Shown: piece after piece, positions 50,598-64,000 of the stretch
Layout of the letters: each line of letters opens with the position of its first letter
Position numbering within the stretch: the stretch's first letter is position 1
From: an uncultured delta proteobacterium
Lineage (GTDB): Bacteria > Desulfobacterota > Binatia > DP-6
Assembly: GCA_963815115.1 (NCBI GenBank)
Contig: CAWFFN010000008.1
Coordinates: forward strand, 266,226-330,225
Reading direction: 5' to 3'
DNA: 64,000 nucleotides
The notes under the pieces: model-generated
Database searches by the model: none
Seen by the model: the letters and a program-made list of their open reading frames with translations, nothing else
What the model was told of the DNA's origin: nothing
Made by a program: the position numbers and the translations under genes

Positions 50598-50604
50598 GGG
50601 CGGA

Positions 50605-50790
50605 TCACCAGCTCGCCTTCACGAGACCCGGAATCTGCCCCTTGCGGGCGAGGCCGCGCAGGCAGAGGCGGCACATCCGGAAGCGCCGGTAGAAGGCCCG
50701 CGGACGCCCGCAGAGCGGACAGCGGTTGTAGGCCCGGACCCGGAACTTCGGGGGCCGGGATGCTTTCACCATGAGACAGGTCTTGGCCAT
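50605..50790 (-). CDS. rpsN: 30S ribosomal protein S14 type Z (zinc-binding, 61 aa).
   Basis: [43 protein letters not shown]. Confidence 0.85.
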   Translation of the reverse strand: MAKTCLMVKASRPPKFRVRAYNRCPLCGRPRAFYRRFRMCRLCLRGLARKGQIPGLVKASW

Positions 50791-50801
50791 GGATCGATCC
50801 T

Positions 50802-51344
50802 TCAGGCCCGGAAGGGCATGCCGAGGCCGCGCAGCAGCGCCTTGCCCTCGGCGTCGGTGCGAGCGGTGGTGCAAATCACGATGGTCAGTCCTTTGATCTT
50901 GTCGACCTTGTCGAGGTTGATCTCCGGGAAGATCACCTGCTCCCGGAGTCCCAGCGAGTAGTTGCCGCGACCGTCGAAAGACCGGTCGGGCACTCCCTTG
51001 AAGTCGCGCACCCGTGGCAGCGCGGCAGCCACGAGCCGGTCGAGGAACTCGTACATGCGGTCGCCCCGCAACGTCACCATGGTACCGATGGGCATCCCCT
51101 CGCGCAGCTTGAAGTTCGAGATCGCCTTCTTCGCCTTGGTGATCACCGGCTTCTGCCCGGCGATGGCGGTCAGCTCCTCCACCGCCGAGTCGATGATCTT
51201 CGGGTTCTGGACCGCCTCTCCCAGGCCCATGTTGAGGATGATCTTCTCGAGGCGCGGAACGGCCATGATGTTGCCGTAGCCGAGCTCGCGCATGAGCGCG
51301 GGGGCGACCTCGGAGCGGTATCGTTCGCGCAGGCGGGACGCCAT
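50802..51344 (-). CDS. rplE: 50S ribosomal protein L5.
   Basis: [21 protein letters not shown]... Confidence 0.9.
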   Translation of the reverse strand: MASRLRERYRSEVAPALMRELGYGNIMAVPRLEKIILNMGLGEAVQNPKIIDSAVEELTAIAGQKPVITKAKKAISNFKLREGMPIGTMVTLRGDRMYEFLDRLVAAALPRVRDFKGVPDRSFDGRGNYSLGLREQVIFPEINLDKVDKIKGLTIVICTTARTDAEGKALLRGLGMPFRA

Positions 51345-51346
51345 GA

Positions 51347-51673
51347 TCACCCCTGCTCCAGCGTGTCGCCGCAGCGCCTGCACACGCGCACGCCGCGCCC
51401 GTCCTCGAGACGGCGGTGACCGATCCGCGCCGGCTTGTTGCACCGGGCGCAGAGCAGCACGACGTTCGAGGCGTGGACCGAGGCTTCCTTCTCGACGATG
51501 CCGCCCTGCTGCTGGACCCCGCGCGGCTTCACGTGCCGCTTGACCAGATTGAGGCGCTCGATCAGGACGCGGTCGCGCTCGCTCAGCACACGGAGAATCT
51601 TGCCCGTCTTGCCACGCTCGCGCCCGGCGATGACGATCACGGTGTCGTTCCTGCGCAGCCGCTGTACCGCCAT
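51347..51673 (-). CDS. rplX: 50S ribosomal protein L24.
   Basis: [21 protein letters not shown]... Confidence 0.9.
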   Translation of the reverse strand: MAVQRLRRNDTVIVIAGRERGKTGKILRVLSERDRVLIERLNLVKRHVKPRGVQQQGGIVEKEASVHASNVVLLCARCNKPARIGHRRLEDGRGVRVCRRCGDTLEQG

Positions 51674-51675
51674 GC

Positions 51676-52044
51676 TCACAGCACCTCGGGCGCGAGCGAG
51701 ATGATCTTCATGAACCGCTTCGCACGCAGCTCGCGAGCGACCGGGCCGAAGATACGCGTGCCCACCGGCTCGCGAGCGTTGTCGATGAGCACCGCCGAGT
51801 TGGTGTCGAACCGGATGTAGGAACCGTCGGTCCGCCCGATCTCCTTCGCGGTACGCACCACCACCGCCTTCATCACGTCGCCCTTCTTCACCTTCGCGTT
51901 CGGGATGGCCTCCTTGACGGAGACCACGATGATGTCGCCGACCGAGGCGTACTTGCGGCGGCTGCCCCCGAGGACCTTGATGCAGAGGACCTTCCGGGCA
52001 CCGCTGTTGTCGGCCACGTCGAGCACGCTCTCGACCTGGATCAT
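51676..52044 (-). CDS. rplN: 50S ribosomal protein L14.
   Basis: [27 protein letters not shown]... Confidence 0.95.
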   Translation of the reverse strand: MIQVESVLDVADNSGARKVLCIKVLGGSRRKYASVGDIIVVSVKEAIPNAKVKKGDVMKAVVVRTAKEIGRTDGSYIRFDTNSAVLIDNAREPVGTRIFGPVARELRAKRFMKIISLAPEVL

Positions 52045-52337
52045 CCCGGGATCCCCGGATCGGCGAGCGATTCGTTGCGCCCGAGCACTGCCTGCACCGT
52101 CCAGCGTTTCTGCGCCGACAGGGGCCGCGATTCGACGATGCGCACGCGGTCACCGACGCGACAGCGGTTGGTCTCGTCGTGCGCCTTGTAGCGAGCACGG
52201 CGGCGACGGAACTTGTGGTAGCGCTGGTGGCGCACGAGGCGCTCCACGACGACGACCACGGTCTTGTCCATCTTGTCGGACACCACCAGGCCGTCGCGCA
52301 CCTTGCGCCGGGTCGTCGTCGTCGTCGGGGATGTCAT
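52041..52337 (-). CDS. rpsQ: 30S ribosomal protein S17.
   Basis: [28 protein letters not shown]... Confidence 0.85.
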   Translation of the reverse strand: MTSPTTTTTRRKVRDGLVVSDKMDKTVVVVVERLVRHQRYHKFRRRRARYKAHDETNRCRVGDRVRIVESRPLSAQKRWTVQAVLGRNESLADPGIPG

Positions 52338-52540
52338 CGCACGCCTCCGGGCTCTGCCGTGCGCTCGCGCAGCAGCGTCTTCACGCGCGCCAGCGCCCGC
52401 CGTGCCTCGCGCATCTTCATGGGATCGGGCAGCTGCGCCGTGGCGCGCTTGAGCCGGAGATGAAAGACCTCGCCGACCAGCTCGCGCTCGCGGGCGCGCA
52501 GCTCGTCGACGCTCAGCTCCTTCAGCTCCCGCAGCTTCAC
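52334..52540 (-). CDS. rpmC: 50S ribosomal protein L29 (GTG start overlapping the rplP stop).
   Basis: [31 protein letters not shown]... Confidence 0.8.
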   Translation of the reverse strand: MKLRELKELSVDELRARERELVGEVFHLRLKRATAQLPDPMKMREARRALARVKTLLRERTAEPGGVR

Positions 52541-52959
52541 AGTGCGCCTCCCGCGTGGCGCTCGCGCACCTGCGTCGGCAGCGACAGCTTGGCGGCGGCC
52601 AGCTTGAGCGCCTGGCGAGCGGCGTCGCGCTCCACTCCCTCCATCTCGAAGAGCATGCGGCCGGGCTTGACCACCGCCACCCACATCTCGGGCGATCCCT
52701 TACCCTTGCCCATGCGCGTCTCCGCCGGCTTCTTGGTGAGCGGCTTGTCCGGGAACACCCGCACCCAGACGCGACCGCCACGCTTGATCGCGCGCGTCAA
52801 CGCGACGCGGGCCGCCTCGATCTCGCGAGCGCTCAGCCACCCGCGCTCGAGCGTCTGCAGCCCGTAGTCGCCGAAGGCGAGCGACGAGCCGCGCCACGCC
52901 GTGCCGCCGCGCCGGCCCTTCTGCATCTTGCGCCACTTGACCTTCTTGGGTGCGAGCAT
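52537..52959 (-). CDS. rplP: 50S ribosomal protein L16.
   Basis: [21 protein letters not shown]... Confidence 0.9.
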   Translation of the reverse strand: MLAPKKVKWRKMQKGRRGGTAWRGSSLAFGDYGLQTLERGWLSAREIEAARVALTRAIKRGGRVWVRVFPDKPLTKKPAETRMGKGKGSPEMWVAVVKPGRMLFEMEGVERDAARQALKLAAAKLSLPTQVRERHAGGAL

Positions 52960-52971
52960 GACGGCGTCGAC

Positions 52972-53635
52972 TCAGGCGCCGGTGGCGGCGCGCTGCTCCT
53001 CCTCCTGGCGTGTCAGCACCTCGCCGCGGAAGATCCACACCCGGACGCCGATGATGCCGTGCGTGGTCTTGGCCTCGGCGAAGCCGTAGTTCACGTCGGC
53101 GCGCAGCGTGTGCAGCGGCACACGGCCCTCGCGATACCACTCCGTGCGGGCGATCTCCGATCCGCCGAGGCGGCCGGCCGACTGGATGCGGACTCCCTGT
53201 GCGCCCATCCGCATGGCGCGTGCGAGCGCTTCCTTCATCGCGCGGCGAAAGGCCACGCGCCGCTCGAGCTGGAGGGCGACGTTCTCCGCGACGAGCTGGG
53301 CGTCGACGTCCGGTCGGCGCACCTCGTGGATGTTGATGAAGGTCTCCTTCTTGGTGAGCCGCGACAGCTCCTGCTTGAGCTTCTCGATCTCGGCGCCCTT
53401 CTTGCCGATCACGATGCCGGGGCGCGCGGTGTGGATGTTGATCTTCGCCTTGTTCGCCGCGCGCTCGATGTCGATCTTCGAGACGCCTGCGTGATAGAGC
53501 CGCTTCTTCAAGAAGTTCCGGGATCTTGATGTCCTCGTGCAGCAGGTCGGAATACTCGCGCCGCGCGAACCAGCGCGAATCCCAGTTCTCGGTGATGTTC
53601 AGCCGGAATCCCTTCGGATGGACCTTTTGTCCCAC
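52972..53635 (-). CDS. rpsC: 30S ribosomal protein S3, carrying a single-nucleotide frameshift near 53505-53512. Almost certainly a sequence error, since S3 is essential.
   Basis: The N-terminal (M)[41 protein letters not shown] is in the frame of ORF 52700-54073. The remainder ([39 protein letters not shown]...) is in the frame of ORF 52972-53511. Confidence 0.8.
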
Positions 53636-53637
53636 GC

Positions 53638-53988
53638 TCAGGCCTCCGCGCCGCTGCGGCGCTCGTCGACGATCACGGTGATGTGGCTGCTGCGCTTGAA
53701 GACGGGAGTGGCCCGACCATGTGCCCGCGGGGTGAAACGCTTCGCGGTGGGCCCCTCGTCCACCCATACCCGCTTGACGTAGAGCGCGTCCACGTCCACG
53801 CGCTGCCCGTGCTCGGCGTTGGCGACGGCCGACTTGAGCGTCTTCGCGACCACGCGAGCGGCGCGCTTCGGGGTGTACTCGAGGATGCCCAGGGCAGCCT
53901 CGACCGATTGGCCGCGGATGAGGTCCACCACCAGGCGGGTCTTCTGCGCCGTCATCCGCGAGAATCGGCTGGTCGCGCGTGCTTCCAT
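53638..53988 (-). CDS. rplV: 50S ribosomal protein L22.
   Basis: [26 protein letters not shown]... Confidence 0.9.
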   Translation of the reverse strand: MEARATSRFSRMTAQKTRLVVDLIRGQSVEAALGILEYTPKRAARVVAKTLKSAVANAEHGQRVDVDALYVKRVWVDEGPTAKRFTPRAHGRATPVFKRSSHITVIVDERRSGAEA

Positions 53989-53990
53989 CG

Positions 53991-54314
53991 CTACTTCCGC
54001 GGCGCCGCTCCGGGCGCTGCCGGCGCGGGCGCGGCGCTCTCGACCTTGCCCTTGCGATCGCCGGAGTGCCCATGGAACGTGCGCGTCGGCGAGAACTCGC
54101 CCAGCTTGTGCCCGACGGCGTTCTCCGTGACGAACACGGGGATGAATTTCCGCCCGTTGTGCACGGCGAAGGTGAACCCGACCATCTCCGGGGTCACCGT
54201 CGATCGGCGCGACCAGGTCTTCACGACCCGCTTCTCGCCGGACTCGAGCATCGCCCGCACCCGCTTCACGAGGTGGAGATCGACGAAAGGACCTTTCTTT
54301 ACCGAGCGTGCCAC
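53991..54314 (-). CDS. rpsS: 30S ribosomal protein S19, with an Ala/Pro-rich C-terminal tail.
   Basis: [19 protein letters not shown]... Confidence 0.9.
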   Translation of the reverse strand: MARSVKKGPFVDLHLVKRVRAMLESGEKRVVKTWSRRSTVTPEMVGFTFAVHNGRKFIPVFVTENAVGHKLGEFSPTRTFHGHSGDRKGKVESAAPAPAAPGAAPRK

Positions 54315-54348
54315 GCTGAGCGACTCCTTGTCGTTCCGGAAGCGTTCT

Positions 54349-55173
54349 CTACTTGTTCTTGCGGCGCTGGAGGATGAACTTGTCCGTGCGCTTGTTGTGC
54401 CGCGTCTTGTAGCCCTTGGTGGGCTTGCCCCAGGGCGTCTGCGGATGATTGCCCTTCGAGCGCCCCTCGCCGCCGCCGTGCGGATGGTCGACCGGATTCA
54501 TCGCGATCCCGCGCACGTGTGACCGCCGCCCGAGCCAGCGCACCCGGCCGGCCTTGCCGTGCGACAGGTTCTCGTGCTCGAGGTTGCCGACCTGCCCGAC
54601 CGTGGCCCGGCAGGCCAGGCGCACGCGGCGCAGCTCGCTCGACGGGAGCTTGAGCAACGCGTAGTCACCTTCCTTCGCCATGAGCTGGATGGCGGCGCCG
54701 GCGCTCCGCCCGAGCTGCGCGCCGCGGCCCGGTCGCATCTCCACGGCGTGGACCGTCGTGCCCAGCGGGATGCTGGCGAGCGGCAGGCTGTTGCCCGGCT
54801 TGATGTCGGCCTGGGGACCGGTCTCGACCGTGGCGCCGACCGCGAGTCCGACCGCCGCCAGGATGTAGCCCCTGGCCCCGTCCGCATATTTGAGCAGCGC
54901 GATGCGCGCGGAGCGGTTCGGATCGTACTCGATGGCCTCGACCACGGCGCGCACGCCGATCTTGTCACGCCGGAAGTCGATGACCCGGTAAAGGCGCTTG
55001 TGCCCGCCACCCCGGTGCCGCGCGGTCATCCGGCCGCGGTTGTTGCGGCCGCCGGACTTGTGCAGGGGCTCCGTGAGGGACGGCTCGGGACGCGTCTTGG
55101 TGATCTCGCTGAAATCGAAGCCGGTGCGGAAGCGACGCCCGGGAGACGTGGGACGGAACTGAATGATCGGCAC
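54349..55173 (-). CDS. rplB: 50S ribosomal protein L2.
   Basis: [15 protein letters not shown]...GGGHKR. 274 aa. Confidence 0.95.
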   Translation of the reverse strand: MPIIQFRPTSPGRRFRTGFDFSEITKTRPEPSLTEPLHKSGGRNNRGRMTARHRGGGHKRLYRVIDFRRDKIGVRAVVEAIEYDPNRSARIALLKYADGARGYILAAVGLAVGATVETGPQADIKPGNSLPLASIPLGTTVHAVEMRPGRGAQLGRSAGAAIQLMAKEGDYALLKLPSSELRRVRLACRATVGQVGNLEHENLSHGKAGRVRWLGRRSHVRGIAMNPVDHPHGGGEGRSKGNHPQTPWGKPTKGYKTRHNKRTDKFILQRRKNK

Positions 55174-55176
55174 GAC

Positions 55177-55464
55177 CTAGGCTCCCTCGAAGAAGTCGAT
55201 GCGGCTGCCCTCGGCGAGCGTGACGTAGGCCTTCTTCCAGTCCGGGCGCCTGCCCATGTGGCGGCCCACCCGACGGATCTTGCCGAGCTGGCGGAAGGTA
55301 CGGACCTTGGTCACCTTCACCTTGAAGAGCACCTCGATCGCCTGGCGGATCTCGACCTTGTTGGCGCGCGGGTTGACGCGGAAGACGACCTGGTTGCCCA
55401 GCTCGTTCACCAGCGTGCCCTTCTCCGTGACCACCGGGCCGAGGACGACGTCGGTGGCGTTCAT
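55177..55464 (-). CDS. rplW: 50S ribosomal protein L23.
   Basis: MNATDVVLGPVVTEKGTLVNELGNQVVFRV. Confidence 0.9.
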   Translation of the reverse strand: MNATDVVLGPVVTEKGTLVNELGNQVVFRVNPRANKVEIRQAIEVLFKVKVTKVRTFRQLGKIRRVGRHMGRRPDWKKAYVTLAEGSRIDFFEGA

Positions 55465-56144
55465 GTCTCGTCTACCGCCTTGGCTCCCGCCCTGGCGCCC
55501 AGGCGCAGCACGACGCGCTCCATGGCCGCGCGGGTCAGGACCAGGTTGGCGTGTCGGAGCACGTCGTACACGTTGAGGCCGTCGGCGATCAGCACCTTGA
55601 CGCGCGGAAGGTTGCGCGCCGCGCGCTGCACCGCTTCGTCGCGCGCGCCCAGTACCACGAGCACGCTGCCGTCGAGGCCGAGACCCTGCAGGCACTCCAG
55701 CATGCGCTTCGTCTTGGCCTCCGGCAGGGAGAGCTCGTCGATCACCACGAGCTTGCCCTCGGCGTGGCGTGCCGCCAGCGCGGCGCGCAGCGCCGCGTGC
55801 CGGGCGGAGCGCGGCAGGCGGTAGCCGTAGTCCCGTGGCTGCGGCGGGAAGATGACCGCGCCGCCGCGCCAGAGCGGCGAGCGCGTGCTCCCCGCCCGCG
55901 CCCGGCCGGTGCCCTTCTGCCGCCACGGCTTCTTGCCGCCGCCTCTGACGAAGTGCCGCGTCTTGGCCGCCGCGGTGCCAGCCCGGCGGGAGGCGAGCTG
56001 GCTCTTCACCATCTCGTACAGGAGGTGCTCGCGCACCGGCCCCGCGACCACCGCCGCCGGCACCACCAGATCGCCCGCCGGGGTCCGCGTCTGCGACACC
56101 ACCGGGAGCGTCACCGTGGCCTCTTCGTTCCCCTGCGGCGTCAC
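55461..56144 (-). CDS. rplD: 50S ribosomal protein L4.
   Basis: ...VRGGGKKPWRQKGTGRARAGSTRSPLWRGGAVIF... Confidence 0.9.
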   Translation of the reverse strand: MTPQGNEEATVTLPVVSQTRTPAGDLVVPAAVVAGPVREHLLYEMVKSQLASRRAGTAAAKTRHFVRGGGKKPWRQKGTGRARAGSTRSPLWRGGAVIFPPQPRDYGYRLPRSARHAALRAALAARHAEGKLVVIDELSLPEAKTKRMLECLQGLGLDGSVLVVLGARDEAVQRAARNLPRVKVLIADGLNVYDVLRHANLVLTRAAMERVVLRLGARAGAKAVDET

Positions 56145-56800
56145 TGGGGCCTCGCCTCCGCTGCTCTCGTCAGCACGACGGTGCCGTTGCGCGCGCCCGG
56201 GACGGCGCCGCGCACCAGGATCAGGTGCTCCTCGGGGCGCAGCGCCACCACCACCAGGTTGCGTGTGGTGACGCGCTCGGCGCCCAGGCGACCCGCCATG
56301 CGCTTTCCCTTGAACACGCGTCCCGGGTAGGAGCGGTTGCCGATCGAGCCGCCGTGCCGGAAGTACTCGTGCGTCCCGTGGCTCGCCGGGAAGCCGCTGA
56401 ACTTGTGACGCTTGATCACGCCCGCAGTCCCCCGGCCCTTGCTGACGCCACTCACGTGCACCAGCTGGCCCGGCTCGAACACGTCCGACACGCCGATCTC
56501 GGTGCCGACCGCCGGCGCACCGTCATCGCCGTCGGCGAGCCGGAACTCGCGCAGCACCCGGAAGGCGCCAGTTCCCGCCTTCTGGAACTGACCACGCCGC
56601 GCCTTCGGGAGGCGTTCGGCCTTGAGCGGCCCGAAGCCGATCTGGGCGGCGGAGTACCCGTCGCGCTCGGCTCGCCGGGTGCCGACGACGGTGCACGGTC
56701 CCGCCTGGATGACGGTCACCGGCACGAGGACGCCGTCCTCGTTGTAGACCTGGGTCATCCCCAGCTTGCGCCCGATGAGGCCCGTGAGCATCGTCGCCAT
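56141..56800 (-). CDS. rplC: 50S ribosomal protein L3.
   Basis: [19 protein letters not shown]... Confidence 0.9.
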   Translation of the reverse strand: MATMLTGLIGRKLGMTQVYNEDGVLVPVTVIQAGPCTVVGTRRAERDGYSAAQIGFGPLKAERLPKARRGQFQKAGTGAFRVLREFRLADGDDGAPAVGTEIGVSDVFEPGQLVHVSGVSKGRGTAGVIKRHKFSGFPASHGTHEYFRHGGSIGNRSYPGRVFKGKRMAGRLGAERVTTRNLVVVALRPEEHLILVRGAVPGARNGTVVLTRAAEARPQ

Positions 56801-56803
56801 GGC

Positions 56804-57112
<309 letters not shown>

Positions 57113-57122
57113 CCGCGGGCAA

Positions 57123-58313
<1,191 letters not shown>

Positions 58314-58348
58314 GGGAATCCTTCCTCCGTCGCCGTCGTTCGCCCGGA

Positions 58349-60454
<2,106 letters not shown>

Positions 60455-60473
60455 GTCGTGGCACGCGTCTGCA

Positions 60474-60944
60474 CTACCAGCGGTAGTGAGCGAAGGCCTT
60501 GTTGGCCTCCGCCATGCGATGCGTGTCCTCCTTCTTCTTGATGGTGCCGCCCCGGCCGTTGGCGGCATCGAGTAGCTCGCCAGCGAGCTTGGCGACCATC
60601 GACTTCTCCGGCCGCGCCCGCGCGTTCTGCACCAGCCAGCGCATCGCGAGCGAGGTCCGGCGCTGCGGCCTCACCTCGACGGGGACCTGGTAGGTGGCAC
60701 CGCCGACGCGACGGGGACGGACCTCGACGATCGGCTTCGCCTGGTCGAGGGCGCGCTTGAAGACCGCGAGCGCGTCCTCCTTCGCCCGCTCTCCGACCAG
60801 CTCGAGGGCGCCGTACAGGATGCCCTCGACGAGGCTGCGCTTCCCGCCGTGCATCAGCATGCACATGAACTTCGTGACCATCCGGTCCCCGTACTTGGGA
60901 TCGGGAAGGACGTCCTTTCGCTTGACTTCACCTTTGCGAGGCAT
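60474..60944 (-). CDS. rpsG: 30S ribosomal protein S7.
   Basis: [20 protein letters not shown]... Confidence 0.95.
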   Translation of the reverse strand: MPRKGEVKRKDVLPDPKYGDRMVTKFMCMLMHGGKRSLVEGILYGALELVGERAKEDALAVFKRALDQAKPIVEVRPRRVGGATYQVPVEVRPQRRTSLAMRWLVQNARARPEKSMVAKLAGELLDAANGRGGTIKKKEDTHRMAEANKAFAHYRW

Positions 60945-61022
60945 GCGCGTGCACCATTGGCTCTCGGGCGGGCGGCACGCCGGGGAACCGCCCCACGCCG
61001 CGCGCCCGGAGCTCGCCGGAGT

Positions 61023-61394
61023 TCACTTCGGTCTCTTGGCTCCGTATTTCGAGCGGCCCTGGCGCCGATCCTGGACACCGATCGAGTCCAGCGTGCCGCG
61101 GATGATGTGGTAGCGCACACCCGGAAGGTCCTTCACGCGACCGCCACGGATGAGCACCACCGAGTGCTCCTGGAGGTTGTGCCCGACACCGGGGATGTAG
61201 GCCGTGACCTCGATGCCGTTGGTGAGCCGGACACGCGCCACCTTGCGCAGCGCCGAGTTCGGCTTCTTGGGCGTGGTGGTGTAGACGCGCGTGCACACGC
61301 CCCGCTTCTGCGGCGAGCGTTGCAGCGCGGGGGCCTTGCCCTTGGCGCTCTGCTTGGCGCGTCCTCGCTTGATGAGCTGGTTGATGGTCGGCAT
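61023..61394 (-). CDS. rpsL: 30S ribosomal protein S12.
   Basis: [25 protein letters not shown]... Confidence 0.95.
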   Translation of the reverse strand: MPTINQLIKRGRAKQSAKGKAPALQRSPQKRGVCTRVYTTTPKKPNSALRKVARVRLTNGIEVTAYIPGVGHNLQEHSVVLIRGGRVKDLPGVRYHIIRGTLDSIGVQDRRQGRSKYGAKRPK

Positions 61395-61479
61395 CGGGCG
61401 CGATCCGGCTACTCGTACTTCAGAAGAACGGAACTGGCCCTTTTAGGGAGCCCCACCGTTCCTGTCAACCACGGAGCAC

Positions 61480-64000
<2,521 letters not shown>

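Overview
This is a very high-GC (~70%+) bacterial window, probably Myxococcota and Anaeromyxobacter-like: a Myxococcus-type cysteine-rich repeat and an Xps-order type II secretion locus point that way. About 62 kb (position 1947 to the window end) is coded on the minus strand; only two genes are on the plus strand.

Content from left to right:
- A Thr-rich secreted protein (plus strand) converges on a tightly coupled five-gene glycosyltransferase operon (GT2-GT1-GT2-GT1-GT2). A ~290-bp palindromic MITE-like element interrupts that operon.
- An M6 (InhA-like) metalloprotease and a divergent PKD lipoprotein follow.
- Then pyrD, rimI, and an unusual gene fusing a ferredoxin, a membrane domain and an unknown C-terminal domain.
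- A complete Xps-type type II secretion locus (gspE, then an embedded AP-superfamily phosphodiesterase, then gspF-G-H-I-J-K-L-M-N-D). Its secretin carries a ~160-aa Gly-rich insert.
- gmd, rmd and rfbB (deoxyhexose nucleotide-sugar synthesis), then lptD and folC.
- A second copy of the palindromic element, then a full trp operon (trpE-G-D-C-F-B-A).
- A SPOR-domain protein and a catalytically degenerate ArgRS-like paralog.
- The entire alpha, spc, S10 and str ribosomal-protein operons (rplQ through rpsL), ending in the 3' part of rpoC.

Several genes show local reading-frame disruptions: rpsC, trpE, lptD, and a segment of the Thr-rich gene. One of them is an essential ribosomal protein, so these are most likely indel errors in the assembly rather than real pseudogenes. 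They lower confidence in exact gene boundaries across the window.

No CRISPR array, tRNA, rRNA or obvious transposase ORF was seen. Many long ORFs in the six-frame track are antisense or alternate-frame artefacts of GC3 bias and were discarded.

Coordinate caveat: gene coordinates come from the ORF track; coordinates of non-coding features placed by hand may be off by 1-2 nt.
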